Source: Rectinemataceae bacterium
GTDB lineage: Bacteria; Spirochaetota; Spirochaetia; Treponematales; Rectinemataceae
DNA length: 63,945 nt
Assembly (NCBI GenBank): GCA_035505775.1
Contig: DATJQN010000235.1
Location: 1-63,945, forward strand
Direction of reading: 5' to 3'
Each line of letters opens with the position of its first letter. Position 1 is the first letter of the stretch. Below the pieces are notes generated by a model. That model searched no databases. It had not been told where the DNA came from and saw only the letters and a program-made list of their open reading frames with translations. Shown here piece after piece: positions 1 through 9,861 of the stretch. Made by a program: the position numbers and the translations under genes.

Positions 1-71
1 TAGGTGAAGGTCAACCCGAGTCCGGGCAGGGCATGGACAATCGGTCGCATAGAATACGCTTTTCCGCATAC

Positions 72-100
72 TTAGCAGAATTGACCAGTTCTGCTACAAT
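72..100 (+). promoter_or_regulatory. candidate sigma70-type promoter (TTAGCA-N17-TACAAT) for the U32 gene; geometry implies a leaderless or near-leaderless mRNA
   Basis: TTAGCA 72-77, 17-nt spacer, TACAAT 95-100. Only 7 nt (cgtcctc, no Shine-Dalgarno) separate the -10 from ATG 108. Confidence 0.3.
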
Positions 101-107
101 CGTCCTC

Positions 108-2243
108 ATGCCAACTGTGGAACTCCTCGCCCCCGCCGGAAACCCTGAGGCTCTCGATGCAGCCCTGGGTGAAGGCGCCGACGCCGTATATCTCGGGCTT
201 CGCAGCTTCAATGCCCGCCTCCGCTCCTCCAACTTCGCGTTCAACCAGTTCGAGGCGACCGTCGAGCTCTGCCACCGCAACGCCAAGAAGGTCTACGTAA
301 CGGTCAACACGGTCTTCGAGCAGCGGGAAGCCGACCGCATGTGGCAGCTGCTCCAGTACCTGGAACGGGTCGGCCCCGACGGGATCATCGTCCAGGACTT
401 CGGCGTGGTGAAAATGGTGCGCGACCATTTCCCCAAGCTCGCACTCCACGCCTCCACACAGATGAACATCGGCGCCGCACGGGGAGTGAACGCACTTTCA
501 CGGCTCGGATTCAAGCGCGCGGTTCTCGCGCGGGAGCTGTCGCTCGACGAGGTCCGCTCGATCCGGGCGTCCACGAATCTCGAGCTCGAAGTCTTCGTGC
601 ACGGCGCGCTCTGTATCAGCGCCTCGGGACTCTGTCTCTTCTCCTCCTACCTCGGCGGCAAGAGCGCCAACCGGGGTCTCTGCGCGCAGGCCTGCCGGCG
701 CCTCTATTCCACGGAGGCCGAATCCGGATACTTCTTCTCACCCGACGATCTGCAGCTGATCGACTACGTCCCGGATCTCATGGAGGCGGGCGTGGAAAGC
801 TTCAAGATCGAGGGGAGGATGAAGAGCGCGGAGTACGTGGGCACGGTCGTCTCGGCCTACCGGCACATGATCGACAACTGGAAGCTGGACCGAGAGCGGG
901 CGCTCGCCAAGGCCCAGGCCATTCTCCAGTCCGATTTCGCGCGGCGCAAGACCACCTTCTTCTTCACCGGGCGGGTGGATCCCGGTTTCCTCCACCCCGA
1001 GCAGGGCGGCGGCACGGGCATCAGCCTCGGCGCGATACGCGACATCCGCGCGCTTGCGGACGGCCGCTACGCGCTCCTGGACAGCCACGACGGTCTCGCC
1101 GAAGGCGACTCCGTGCGCATCCACCGCTCCGACGATTCGGGCCGCTTCACCGGCAAGGTTCGTGCGGTGAAGGCGGTACCCGCCGGCATGCTCGTCCGGA
1201 TCGATGCGGACTTCAGGCAGAGCGACCAGGTGTACCTCATCCAGACCGCCAGCATGGGACGCCGCTACGCATCGCAGTTGCCCAAGGATCTCGGCCGCTA
1301 CCATGCCTTCCCGAGCCGTCAGCTCGCGCCCGAACCGGCGATGCCCGGTCACAGCAAGGCTGAACTCGGAGCCCTGCCGGACGGACTGTACGCGCTGGTC
1401 AGCAAAGTGCCCGACATCTTCCTCCTGAGTGCCGCCCGGCCGCAGAAGGCGATGATCCTCTTCGACCGCAGGAACGCCGAACAGCTCCGCAGGCATGAGA
1501 AGGAGCTTCCCTTCAAGCGGGACAACCTCGTGTTCTGGCTCGATCCCTACTTCCCGGAGGCCGATGCCCCGTGGCTCGCCTCCGAACTCCAGTATTGGAC
1601 AGAACGCGGCCAGCGCATCTTTGTCGCCAACAACCTGGGACACTTCGGTCTGCTGCGCGCGCTTCCCGCTGTGGCCCGCCCCGGACGGGGCGGCAGAGAC
1701 GGCGGTCCGGTGGGCGGCCCGGGGGCCGGCGCGGAAGAGCGCATCGTGATCTCCGGACCGTGGCTCTACGCATTCAACCGCTGGTCGACCTCCTTTCTGC
1801 TCGGTGAAGGGCCTCGCTACCTCGTCCCGCCGCTCGAGATCTCCAAGCAGAACTTCTTCAAGCTGACCGAGGGGCTGTCTCCCCAGACCTGGATGCCGGT
1901 GGTGTTCGGATTCCCCGCCCTGTTCAGGATTCGGGCGGATCTGGGCAGCCGATACGACTTCCGTCAGTTCAGCGACCGCGACGGCGAGGATTACGAGCTC
2001 GTGAGCGGCGGCGACTATTCGGTGGTCATCCCCTCGACCCCCTTCTCGCTCGTCGATCGAATCCCCTTCCTCATGAAGGAAGGCATCGGCAAGTTCATAC
2101 TCGATTTCTCCCATGTCGATCTCGCCAAGCCCTTCTACAAGCAGGTCATGCGGGCCGCAGAAGAAGGTACTGTCCTGCCGGAGACGACCAGATTCAACTG
2201 GAAGAACGGATTCTGGCAGCCTGACGAGGGCGGATCCGACTGA
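108..2243 (+). CDS. peptidase U32 family protein, long form with C-terminal extension
   Basis: ORF 33..2243. The family-like region begins at MPTVELLAPAGNPEAL (ATG 108). Contains GADAVYLG and the Cys cluster HGALCISASGLC...NRGLCAQACRRLY typical of U32 proteins. Confidence 0.85.
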   Translation: MPTVELLAPAGNPEALDAALGEGADAVYLGLRSFNARLRSSNFAFNQFEATVELCHRNAKKVYVTVNTVFEQREADRMWQLLQYLERVGPDGIIVQDFGVVKMVRDHFPKLALHASTQMNIGAARGVNALSRLGFKRAVLARELSLDEVRSIRASTNLELEVFVHGALCISASGLCLFSSYLGGKSANRGLCAQACRRLYSTEAESGYFFSPDDLQLIDYVPDLMEAGVESFKIEGRMKSAEYVGTVVSAYRHMIDNWKLDRERALAKAQAILQSDFARRKTTFFFTGRVDPGFLHPEQGGGTGISLGAIRDIRALADGRYALLDSHDGLAEGDSVRIHRSDDSGRFTGKVRAVKAVPAGMLVRIDADFRQSDQVYLIQTASMGRRYASQLPKDLGRYHAFPSRQLAPEPAMPGHSKAELGALPDGLYALVSKVPDIFLLSAARPQKAMILFDRRNAEQLRRHEKELPFKRDNLVFWLDPYFPEADAPWLASELQYWTERGQRIFVANNLGHFGLLRALPAVARPGRGGRDGGPVGGPGAGAEERIVISGPWLYAFNRWSTSFLLGEGPRYLVPPLEISKQNFFKLTEGLSPQTWMPVVFGFPALFRIRADLGSRYDFRQFSDRDGEDYELVSGGDYSVVIPSTPFSLVDRIPFLMKEGIGKFILDFSHVDLAKPFYKQVMRAAEEGTVLPETTRFNWKNGFWQPDEGGSD

Positions 2244-2305
2244 GATTCTCCCTTGACGCCGATGGGGGCCGATGCTACTGTTTTTTCAGTTTGAGAGGCG
2301 AAATC

Positions 2306-2326
2306 CGGTTTTGAAATATAAAACCG
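2306..2326. promoter_or_regulatory. perfect 7-bp inverted repeat CGGTTTT-N7-AAAACCG in an AT-rich spacer upstream of the IclR gene (candidate operator)
   Basis: Read directly: cggtttt gaaatat aaaaccg, 20 nt upstream of ATG 2346, inside the only AT-rich stretch of this intergenic region. Confidence 0.25.
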
Positions 2327-2345
2327 TCCTCGGTCGGAGTTGACC

Positions 2346-3128
2346 ATGAGCGAGTCTGCGGGCAAGGCCCTTGATCTGTTGTTCTATCTGGCGCGCACCG
2401 GAGGCGAGATCAGCCTGGCGCGACTGTCGCGCGACACCGGCATGAACAAGGCCACGGCCCTGCGCTACCTTTCCGTCCTCGAATCGAGAGGTGTTGCGGA
2501 GCGCCGCGGCAACGGCTGGTCGCTCGGTCTCGCACTGTTCGAGTTGGGTGCGCGCGTTCCCGTCCGATCCATCGTGGTGGAGCACGTGAGGCCCTTTCTC
2601 GAGCAGCTCGCCCGGGAGACCGGGGAGACGGCCAATCTCGCCTGCCTGGCCGGAGGCAGTGCGGTCTATCTCGATCGCGCCGAGGCCGATCGCAGCCTTC
2701 GCATGCGCTCCGTCCCCGGCGACCGCCTTCCCCTGTACTGTACGGGCGTGGGCAAGGCCATACTCTCCCTGCTTTCGGCCGAGCGCGCGCGGGCCATCCT
2801 CGGTCAAGGGCCCCTCCCCAAGATAAACGAAAAGACCCTCACGGATCCCGAGGACGTCCTCAAGGAAGCCGCCAAGGCCCGCGAGGTAGGCTATGGCCTC
2901 GATCGGGAAGAATATGAGACCGGCCTCACCTGCATGGCCAAACCCCTCCGGCTCCCCGGCTCGGACTTTGCGGGAGCGATTTCCGTCTCCGGCCCGACGG
3001 CGCGCATGCGCGATCCGGCCACCCGGGAGCGCTTCCTCGAGTCTCTCACCCGCGCCGCGGGCGAGGCTCAGCGGGCTCTCGACGGTGCGGCGGATGGCGC
3101 CGCCGCACCAGTGCAGGCGGCCCCCTGA
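2346..3128 (+). CDS. IclR family transcriptional regulator
   Basis: N-terminal wHTH (LDLLFYLARTGGEISLARLSRDTGMNKATALRYLSVLE) plus IclR-type effector domain. ATG 2346 is preceded by GGAG at 2336-2339; the ORF track starts at TTG 2340. Confidence 0.85.
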   Translation: MSESAGKALDLLFYLARTGGEISLARLSRDTGMNKATALRYLSVLESRGVAERRGNGWSLGLALFELGARVPVRSIVVEHVRPFLEQLARETGETANLACLAGGSAVYLDRAEADRSLRMRSVPGDRLPLYCTGVGKAILSLLSAERARAILGQGPLPKINEKTLTDPEDVLKEAAKAREVGYGLDREEYETGLTCMAKPLRLPGSDFAGAISVSGPTARMRDPATRERFLESLTRAAGEAQRALDGAADGAAAPVQAAP

Positions 3129-3171
3129 TACCGAAGGACTCCGCTCGCCGTCCCCCGGTGCCGCCGGAGCC

Positions 3172-3225
3172 AACGCCAAAGGCAACGCCAAAGGCAGCGC
3201 CAAAGGCAACGCCAAAGGCAGCGCC
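3172..3225. repeat. 12-nt tandem repeat (ARCGCCAAAGGC) x 4.5
   Basis: aacgccaaaggc / aacgccaaaggc / agcgccaaaggc / aacgccaaaggc / agcgcc read directly. Lies between the IclR stop (3128) and the REC-GGDEF ATG (3281). The same unit recurs at 17399-17458. Confidence 0.9.
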
Positions 3226-3280
3226 GGGGCCACAGGTCGCCTTGCCTGATAGGGCTGGGGGCATTAGCGTTAAGAATGGG

Positions 3281-4300
3281 ATGGAAACACTCAGCGCACC
3301 GACCATTCTCGTCGTCGACGACAACTCGAGCAATCTCCAGGTCATCGGGGCTGTGCTCGAGCAGGCCGGCTACGCCGTGGCCTTCGCCTTCGACGGCCCG
3401 GAGGCGATCGACTACGCCCGCACGAGCGCACCGGACCTCATCCTCCTGGACGTCATGATGCCCGGGATGGACGGCTACGAGGTGATGGCCCTCCTGAAGC
3501 AGGAGCCCGGAACGCGCAACATTCCGGTGATATTCCTGACGGCCTTGGTGGGCTCCGAGGAAACGGTGAGAGGTTTCGAGGCGGGGGCGGCGGATTATGT
3601 CGCCAAGCCCTTCGACTACCGGGAGCTGCTCGCGCGGGTCTCCGCCCAGGTCGAGCTCGGCCTGTCCCGGCGCCGCGTGGAGGAATACGCGAGACAGGTC
3701 GCGGCGATGAACGACAAGCTCGTCGAGGCCATGGGCAAGCTCGAGGAGCTGGCCACGACCGATCCGCTGACGAAGCTCCCCAATAGACGCTACACGCTCG
3801 ATCGCATCGGCTACGAAGCCGACCGGGCCAAGCGTTCCGGCAAACCCTTCTGCCTCGGCATCCTCGACATCGATTTCTTCAAGAAGGTGAACGACCGGTT
3901 CGGCCATGCTGCCGGTGACCTCGTCCTCTCGAGCTTCGGGCTTCTCGTGCGCGCCTCGCTGCGGGCCCAGGATCTGGCAGGGCGCTGGGGAGGCGAGGAG
4001 TTCGCCATCGTTCTGCCCGAAACCGAGCTGGCCGGTGCGGGCGTCCTTGCCGAGCGTTTCCTCGGCGATCTGCGCTCCCGCCCCATGGATATCTCGGTGG
4101 CCGACAAGCCGGCCAGCGTGGGAGTGACGGCCACCATCGGCCTGGCGCAGTTCACCCCCCCGGACGATGACATAGATTCCCTTATGCGGCGGGCCGACGG
4201 AGCCATGTACGAGGGCAAGCGCTCGGGGCGGAACCGGGTCGTGCTCTCCAACTCCGGACTCGACGGCGCCAAAGCCGACGAGACCCGGCGAGGCGGCTGA
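3281..4300 (+). CDS. response regulator receiver + GGDEF diguanylate cyclase (PleD-like)
   Basis: REC motifs ([30 protein letters not shown]) and GGDEF domain ([11 protein letters not shown]). Start set at ATG 3281 just before REC; an in-frame GTG at 3158 would add a repeat-encoded PKA-rich extension. Confidence 0.85.
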   Translation: METLSAPTILVVDDNSSNLQVIGAVLEQAGYAVAFAFDGPEAIDYARTSAPDLILLDVMMPGMDGYEVMALLKQEPGTRNIPVIFLTALVGSEETVRGFEAGAADYVAKPFDYRELLARVSAQVELGLSRRRVEEYARQVAAMNDKLVEAMGKLEELATTDPLTKLPNRRYTLDRIGYEADRAKRSGKPFCLGILDIDFFKKVNDRFGHAAGDLVLSSFGLLVRASLRAQDLAGRWGGEEFAIVLPETELAGAGVLAERFLGDLRSRPMDISVADKPASVGVTATIGLAQFTPPDDDIDSLMRRADGAMYEGKRSGRNRVVLSNSGLDGAKADETRRGG

Positions 4301-4314
4301 GACAGGGCGGCGGG

Positions 4315-6480
4315 ATGGACGACGTCGAGCGGTCAGCATCACCTGATAGTCCCGCGCCGGAGGCAGAGAGCGCCGCCCGGAGCCTCGACGCGGCGGGGCC
4401 TTCGGAGCTCGCTGCGCTCGAAGAGAGCGAACTCCGGTATCGAAGCCTCATCGAACAGCTGCCGCAGCGCATCTATCTCAAGTCAAGGCGAGGGATCTAC
4501 CTCTCCTGCAACTCCTCATTCGCCGCCGGATTCGGCCTGACCCCGGCGGGCATTCTCGGCAAGACGGAGGAGGACCTCTATCCGGCGGAGGTTGCCAGGG
4601 CCCATCGGGACGAGGACCTGTCCGTACTGCAGTCGGGCGTCACGCGTGTCTGTGAGGAACAGGCCGACACTGCCGGGCAACGGCGGTGGATCCGCATCAC
4701 GAAGATGCCCGTGCGGGACGGTAGCGGCGAATTGGTCGCCATCCTCGGCACGATACTGGACATCACCGAGGAAAGGCTGGCGGCCGAGCGCGCGCGCACG
4801 GATGAGCTGCGCTACCGGGCCCTGGTGGAGATGGGTCAGATGGGCGACCGGGACATGCGCGGGATTCTGAACTTCGCCCTCGACCGGATGCTGGAGATCA
4901 CCGGGAGCACGATCGGGTACATCTATTTCTACGACGAGGAAACCAAGCTTTTCCGGAACCTCGCCTGGTCCCGGAGCGTCATGGACGAGTGCAGGCTCCT
5001 CGAGCCGCAGCACGAGTATCACCTCGATGACACCGGACTCTGGGGTGAGGCCGTCCGGCAGCGGAAGCCGATTCTCACGAATGACTACGCCGCCCCCAAC
5101 GAATACAAGCGTGGATACCCGGCAGGGCATGTGCCCCTCGAACGGCACCTCACCATCCCGGTCTTCGAAGAGCAGCGCATCGTGGCGGTGGCGGGGGTGG
5201 GTAACAAGCCGGAGGATTATCGCGAGGAGGACATCCGGACCCTGGTGCTGTTCATGGATGGAGTCTGGAAGATCGCCAAGGGCCACGAGATGACGGAGCG
5301 GATCCGCCGTTTCAACGACGAGCTGGAGGCCCGCGTACGGGAGCGCACGGAAGAGCTGCAGGCCGCCAAGGAGGCCGCCGAGGCGGCCCTCAAGTCGCGC
5401 AGCGAGTTCCTCGCCAACGTGAGTCACGAGATACGGACTCCGCTCAACGCGATCATAGGCTTCTCCGAGCTGCTGGACAGTCCGGACGTCGACCCGAAGC
5501 GACGGGAATACCTGCGGGCGCTGCGGACGGCGGGCAGGAGCCTCTTGACGCTGATCAACGATATCCTCGATCTCTCCAAGCTCGAGGCGGGGCGGATGGG
5601 CATCGATCTGCGTCCCACCGATCTGGCTTCGCTCGTCCGCGACATCGACCGTATATTCGCCCCCGCTGCTCGCGCCAAGGGACTTGAATACCACTCCGAG
5701 CTCAGTGGGGACATACCTACATTCCTCATGCTCGATGGAACGCGTCTCCGGCAATCCCTGCTGAATCTCGTGGGGAACGCAGTCAAGTTCACCCAACGCG
5801 GCAACGTGCGACTGTCGGTGAGCGCCCGGGGCTGCGTGGAGACCCCTACGGCCGGAGAGCTCTGCACCCTTCTCTTCGAGATCGCCGACACGGGCATAGG
5901 TATCCCGGAGCGGGACCTATCCCGACTTTTCGACCCATTCACCCAGCAGTCATCGTCGATAGCGAGATCGTTCGGCGGCACGGGGCTGGGGCTCTCGATA
6001 ACGCGGCGCCTCGCCGAGGCGATGGGCGGTACGCTCTCCGTCCAATCGCGGGAGGGGGAGGGGAGCCGTTTCTGGCTCAGGCTCGCGGATGTCAGACCGG
6101 CCCAGGGCCCCGAGCTGCTCGCCGCCCAGCAGGAAGAGCCGGAACACGCAAATGCGGCTCCGAACCTGCGGGCCATCGCGGAGACGGCCGCGGCGGCGAT
6201 GCGATCCGGGGGAGCTGCGGCAGGCTCGCGCTTCGATGGTCTTGTTGAGCGGGCGGCGGCCCTTGGCCGGGGGGCTGTGGCCATGACGGCCGTGGCCGAC
6301 TGGATATCCGATTTCTCTGCTGCGGCAGAGGCGCTCGCCCTTGACGAACTCCTCGTCTTCGCAGAGGCGGCACGCGCGGCGCTGGCGCGCTTTGACGTGG
6401 CCGCCCTGCGGGCCGGTCTTGGAGAGATCGGAGCCGTTGCCCCCGGCTCTCAAACGGAGCCGCATGGCGATCCGGGCTAG
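4315..6480 (+). CDS. cytoplasmic PAS-GAF sensor histidine kinase
   Basis: PAS-like region, GAF-like region, H-box [25 protein letters not shown], and HATPase N/G boxes ([26 protein letters not shown]). No TM segment. Carries an Ala-rich C-terminal extension. Confidence 0.85.
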   Translation: MDDVERSASPDSPAPEAESAARSLDAAGPSELAALEESELRYRSLIEQLPQRIYLKSRRGIYLSCNSSFAAGFGLTPAGILGKTEEDLYPAEVARAHRDEDLSVLQSGVTRVCEEQADTAGQRRWIRITKMPVRDGSGELVAILGTILDITEERLAAERARTDELRYRALVEMGQMGDRDMRGILNFALDRMLEITGSTIGYIYFYDEETKLFRNLAWSRSVMDECRLLEPQHEYHLDDTGLWGEAVRQRKPILTNDYAAPNEYKRGYPAGHVPLERHLTIPVFEEQRIVAVAGVGNKPEDYREEDIRTLVLFMDGVWKIAKGHEMTERIRRFNDELEARVRERTEELQAAKEAAEAALKSRSEFLANVSHEIRTPLNAIIGFSELLDSPDVDPKRREYLRALRTAGRSLLTLINDILDLSKLEAGRMGIDLRPTDLASLVRDIDRIFAPAARAKGLEYHSELSGDIPTFLMLDGTRLRQSLLNLVGNAVKFTQRGNVRLSVSARGCVETPTAGELCTLLFEIADTGIGIPERDLSRLFDPFTQQSSSIARSFGGTGLGLSITRRLAEAMGGTLSVQSREGEGSRFWLRLADVRPAQGPELLAAQQEEPEHANAAPNLRAIAETAAAAMRSGGAAAGSRFDGLVERAAALGRGAVAMTAVADWISDFSAAAEALALDELLVFAEAARAALARFDVAALRAGLGEIGAVAPGSQTEPHGDPG

Positions 6481-6878
6481 AAAACCGGCTCAGCCTCCCG
6501 GTGGGCTTCCACGCCCGGCTCCGCCTCCTCGGCCTCCGGCTTGGAGGCCGGCTTCTGCGGCTTGAACTCGACGTGCTCGGCCACGATCTTCACTTTCGAA
6601 CGTGCCTTTCCTTCCGGATCGGTCCACCGATCCTGCTTGAGTCGCCCCACGACCCTGACGCCCCGGCCTTTCTTGAGATTTTCCGAACAGGCCTGCCCCA
6701 GACGCGCCCAGGCTTCCACGTCGAAATAGGAGACCTCCTTCTCCAGTTCGTCGTTCTGCTTGTAGAAGCGATCGGACGCCACGGTGAAGTCGCAGACCTT
6801 GCTGCCGGTCGCGAGGGTCTTGCTCTCGGGGTCCCTGACGAGATTGCCTTCGAGCAGAATGCTGTTGAGTGAGTTCAC
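6477..6878 (-). CDS. ssb: single-stranded DNA-binding protein
   Basis: OB-fold SSB signature ([14 protein letters not shown]...[12 protein letters not shown]...[15 protein letters not shown]) with an acidic/Pro-rich tail. GTG start 6878 is preceded by GAGGAGG. Confidence 0.9.
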   Translation of the reverse strand: MNSLNSILLEGNLVRDPESKTLATGSKVCDFTVASDRFYKQNDELEKEVSYFDVEAWARLGQACSENLKKGRGVRVVGRLKQDRWTDPEGKARSKVKIVAEHVEFKPQKPASKPEAEEAEPGVEAHREAEPVF

Positions 6879-6972
6879 TTCATCCTCCTCGTGCGGTCAC
6901 TGCCGCGCAGTGCTAGTACGTGCGGACGGCTCCGGGGCGATTGAGCGGTGCGTGTCGATGCAGGGGGCGAAC

Positions 6973-7001
6973 AAAAAAAGAAGCGGGCGCAGGCCCGCTT
7001 C
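6973..7001 (-). terminator. Rho-independent terminator after the Bor-like lipoprotein gene
   Basis: On the minus strand: 9-bp perfect stem GAAGCGGGC/GCCCGCTTC, 4-nt loop, then a T7 run (6973-6979). Lies 25 nt downstream of the stop at 7026. Confidence 0.6.
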
Positions 7002-7025
7002 GGGTGGCGCCGGACGGCGCTGCGG

Positions 7026-7409
7026 TCAGCGGACGACAGTCCCGCTAATCTCCACGACGCTCGGCGCGTAGATCCCGGCCGTTATCGCCGCGAGAAGGAT
7101 GTTGACGAAGGATGCACGGTGGACGATGGTGATCGCGACGGCAGCCGTGCCGCCCTTGGCCTTGATCTCCCGGTCGATGGCTGCCGCAATCGCCGGATCG
7201 GTGGCGTCCGCGGTCACGTTGAGGATCTTGGCTCCGCCGGGCGAGCCGAGGAACTCATTGACCCACACTCGGGTGCTGAAGTTGCCGAGCACGGTGAACT
7301 TTGCGTCCTGGGCAGTGACGGCCAGGCCCGTCGCCTTGAAGGTCATGCAGGAGGCCAGGAGCAAGGCCGCCGCGCCGACGATCAGTGCAATTCTGAGCGA
7401 TTTCATCAT
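7026..7409 (-). CDS. Bor-like small lipoprotein
   Basis: Signal peptide with lipobox LLLASC. The C-terminus FVNILLAAITAGIYAPSVVEISG resembles the lambda Bor family end (FVNGLLGFITLGIYTP). Tandem ATG start is preceded by GGAGG. Confidence 0.55.
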   Translation of the reverse strand: MMKSLRIALIVGAAALLLASCMTFKATGLAVTAQDAKFTVLGNFSTRVWVNEFLGSPGGAKILNVTADATDPAIAAAIDREIKAKGGTAAVAITIVHRASFVNILLAAITAGIYAPSVVEISGTVVR

Positions 7410-7506
7410 ACCTCCATACCAGCGTGATTGTGCGAAGCCTAATGGAGGGCTCATGAAGCGTCAAGAGTTCGACATACCCGGGCTGCGGATCGCCGCCATC
7501 CGCGGG

Positions 7507-7536
7507 TTGATCGCGAGGAAGTGTCGAAGCTATTCT
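7507..7536 (+). promoter_or_regulatory. candidate sigma70-type promoter TTGATC-N18-TATTCT placing the transcription start at or next to ATG 7542 (leaderless)
   Basis: TTGATC 7507-7512, TATTCT 7531-7536. Five nt (gagat) precede ATG 7542 and there is no SD. Confidence 0.3.
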
Positions 7537-7541
7537 GAGAT

Positions 7542-8498
7542 ATGATCCGGAACTCGCATCGGCCGGGCCCTTCCCTGCGGCGGTGCCGGCTGCCTCTGCT
7601 CGCCGCGGCGGCACTGGCCTTTTCGCTCGGGATGGTCGAGGGCTCCGGTCAGGCAGTCCCGGCCTCCCGCCTGGCTACACCGGGCGCCGGAGCTCCCCTT
7701 GCTGCGGCCGGGCCGCTGACGGCGGCCCCGTCCGTCGGAACGCCTTCGGATTCCGGGGTGGTCGGCATCGACGAACACCTGGGGGCGAGGGTCCCCCTCG
7801 ACCTCCCCTTCAGGGACGAACAGGGGAATCGCATAACGCTCGGAACCCTGGCCGGAGTCCCCTTGATTCTCGCCCTGGTCTACTACAATTGTCCGAACGT
7901 CTGCGACCTCCTGCTGACGGGAATGGCGGGCATGATACGCGGCCTGGATGCGGTGCCGGGCAGGGACTACCGCGTGGTGACGGTGAGCATCGATGAGCAC
8001 GAGACCCCGGCGGACGCCGTGCATGCCAAGCGGCTCACGCTCGAAACCATCGAGCAGCCCTTCCCCGATGCGGACTGGCGCTTCCTGACCGGGGAGCGCG
8101 GCTCCATCGATCGGCTCGCGGATGCCGTGGGTTACCGCTTTGCGCGGCGGGACGGCGGCTTCGACCACCCCGTCTGCATCATATTCGTCTCCCCCGACGG
8201 CACGGTGACGCACTACATCTACGGCGCGGATTTCCTGCCGGCGGACGTCAAGCTCTCGTTGCTCGGAGCGCAGACGGGTACGGTGGCTCCGACCATAGCC
8301 AAGCTGCTCAGGTTCTGCTTCAGGACCGACCCGGCAAGCCATCGCATGGTCTTCGACATGCTGCGGGTGGCGGCGACGGTGACCCTGGCCCTGACGCTCG
8401 TCCTCGTCGTCTTCCTGGCGAGGGCGGGCCGGAAACGCCGCAGGCGGATCACCGAGGCGGCGGCAGCCCGGCGCCAGGCGGACCCGAGGTCGGACTAG
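7542..8498 (+). CDS. SCO1/SenC family copper chaperone (thioredoxin fold) with C-terminal TM anchor
   Basis: CxxxC motif in LALVYYNCPNVCDLL, downstream His (FDHPVCIIFVSPDG), and a C-terminal LLRFCF...TM...RKRRRR tail. Confidence 0.8.
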   Translation: MIRNSHRPGPSLRRCRLPLLAAAALAFSLGMVEGSGQAVPASRLATPGAGAPLAAAGPLTAAPSVGTPSDSGVVGIDEHLGARVPLDLPFRDEQGNRITLGTLAGVPLILALVYYNCPNVCDLLLTGMAGMIRGLDAVPGRDYRVVTVSIDEHETPADAVHAKRLTLETIEQPFPDADWRFLTGERGSIDRLADAVGYRFARRDGGFDHPVCIIFVSPDGTVTHYIYGADFLPADVKLSLLGAQTGTVAPTIAKLLRFCFRTDPASHRMVFDMLRVAATVTLALTLVLVVFLARAGRKRRRRITEAAAARRQADPRSD

Positions 8499-9196
8499 AC
8501 CTCCCTCGGCGCTCTCCGCCCGCGCGCCTCCGGGCCAAAGCGATCTTCGGCGCCGGCGGCCACGATCCTGCCCTCCGAAAGCTCGAGCACCTCGTCGCAG
8601 AGCCGCGAGATTTCCTCCCGCGAGTGACTGACCAGAATGGCGGTGACCCTGGTCTCGGCCTGGATGCGGTAGAGTTCGTCGCCCAGGGAACGGCGCAGGT
8701 CCTCGTCGAGGGCAGAGAAGGGCTCGTCGAGGAGGAGGAGGCGGGGCTTCCTGCCCAGGGCCCGTGCGACCGCCGTGCGCTGTTTCTGTCCGCCCGAAAG
8801 CTCGCGGGGGAAGTGCTTCGCGAGCGTGTCCATGCGGGTGAGCTCGAGCAGCTCCATGGTCCGCGCCCGGTCCCCCGTGGCGTAGAACACGTTCCCGTAC
8901 ACCGTCATATGCGGGAAGAGCGCATATTCCTGGAAGACAAAGCCCACGGAGCGCCGCTGCGGCGGGAGAAAGAGTCCCGTGGCGCCGCTGTACCAGGTCT
9001 CCGCTCCCACGGTCGTGCAGCCCGAATCCGGCCGGCAGAGTCCCGCGAGACAGCGCAGCAGGGTCGTCTTGCCGCTGCCCGAGGCTCCGCGAATCCCGAG
9101 GAAGGCGCCTTCCTGGAGACAGTAGGCGGCGTCGAGGTGGAACAGGTGATCGCCGGCCCGCAGCTGCTTCTTGAGATCGAAGTGGACCATGTTCAT
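8495..9196 (-). CDS. modC: molybdate ABC transporter ATP-binding protein
   Basis: Walker A GASGSGKTT, signature LSGGQKQR, Walker B LLLLDEPFSALD. True start is MNMVHFDL at 9196 (ATGA overlap with modB); the 517-aa ORF-track extension runs through modB and is an artefact. Confidence 0.85.
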   Translation of the reverse strand: MNMVHFDLKKQLRAGDHLFHLDAAYCLQEGAFLGIRGASGSGKTTLLRCLAGLCRPDSGCTTVGAETWYSGATGLFLPPQRRSVGFVFQEYALFPHMTVYGNVFYATGDRARTMELLELTRMDTLAKHFPRELSGGQKQRTAVARALGRKPRLLLLDEPFSALDEDLRRSLGDELYRIQAETRVTAILVSHSREEISRLCDEVLELSEGRIVAAGAEDRFGPEARGRRAPREV

Positions 9197-9861
9197 CGTC
9201 GCGCTTCCCGCCGCTGGATCCGGTTGAGGAGGAGCACTCCGATGTAGCTCACCAGCACGAGAATGCCGGAGTAGACGTGCGCGCCGCTGAAGTCGAGACT
9301 CTCGACCTTCTCGTAGACGGCGATCGACACCACCTTCGTGACCCCCGGGATGCTCCCACCGATCATGAGCACCACGCCGAATGCCCCGATCGTGTGCGCG
9401 AAGGTGTTCACGACGCCGGCGACGATGCTGGAACGCATGTTCGGAATCACGATGCGGAGTATCGTCTCGAGCCTGCTCTTGCCGAGGGTGTACGAGGCGT
9501 CGAGCAGATGGCCCGGCACGGAGAGGACGCCGGTGCGAAGGGCCGACAGCATGAAGGGAAGCGAGGACACGCAGCCGGCAATGACGATACCCGCGAAGGT
9601 GAAGGCGAGGCGAACATGTAAGAGCGAGTAGAAAAGGGAGCCGAGCGGGCCCCGGGGCGAGAGGAGAATGAGCAGGTAGAAGCCGAGCACCGTCGGTGAA
9701 AGCACGAGGGGCAGGGAGGTCAGCGACTCGACCCAGGGGACCCAGCGGCCGCGTGATCGCGCAAAGACCCAGGCCAGCGGGAAACAGAGGAGGAGGAGGA
9801 GGACAGTCACCCAGAGGCCCAGGCGAAGGGACACCAAGAAGGGGAGGAGATCGAGGTTCAC
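9193..9861 (-). CDS. modB: molybdate ABC transporter permease
   Basis: ModB/CysTW-type permease with EAA-like loop (DASYTLGKSRLETILRIVIPN). GTG start overlaps the modA stop (GTGA). Confidence 0.88.
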   Translation of the reverse strand: MNLDLLPFLVSLRLGLWVTVLLLLLCFPLAWVFARSRGRWVPWVESLTSLPLVLSPTVLGFYLLILLSPRGPLGSLFYSLLHVRLAFTFAGIVIAGCVSSLPFMLSALRTGVLSVPGHLLDASYTLGKSRLETILRIVIPNMRSSIVAGVVNTFAHTIGAFGVVLMIGGSIPGVTKVVSIAVYEKVESLDFSGAHVYSGILVLVSYIGVLLLNRIQRREARR

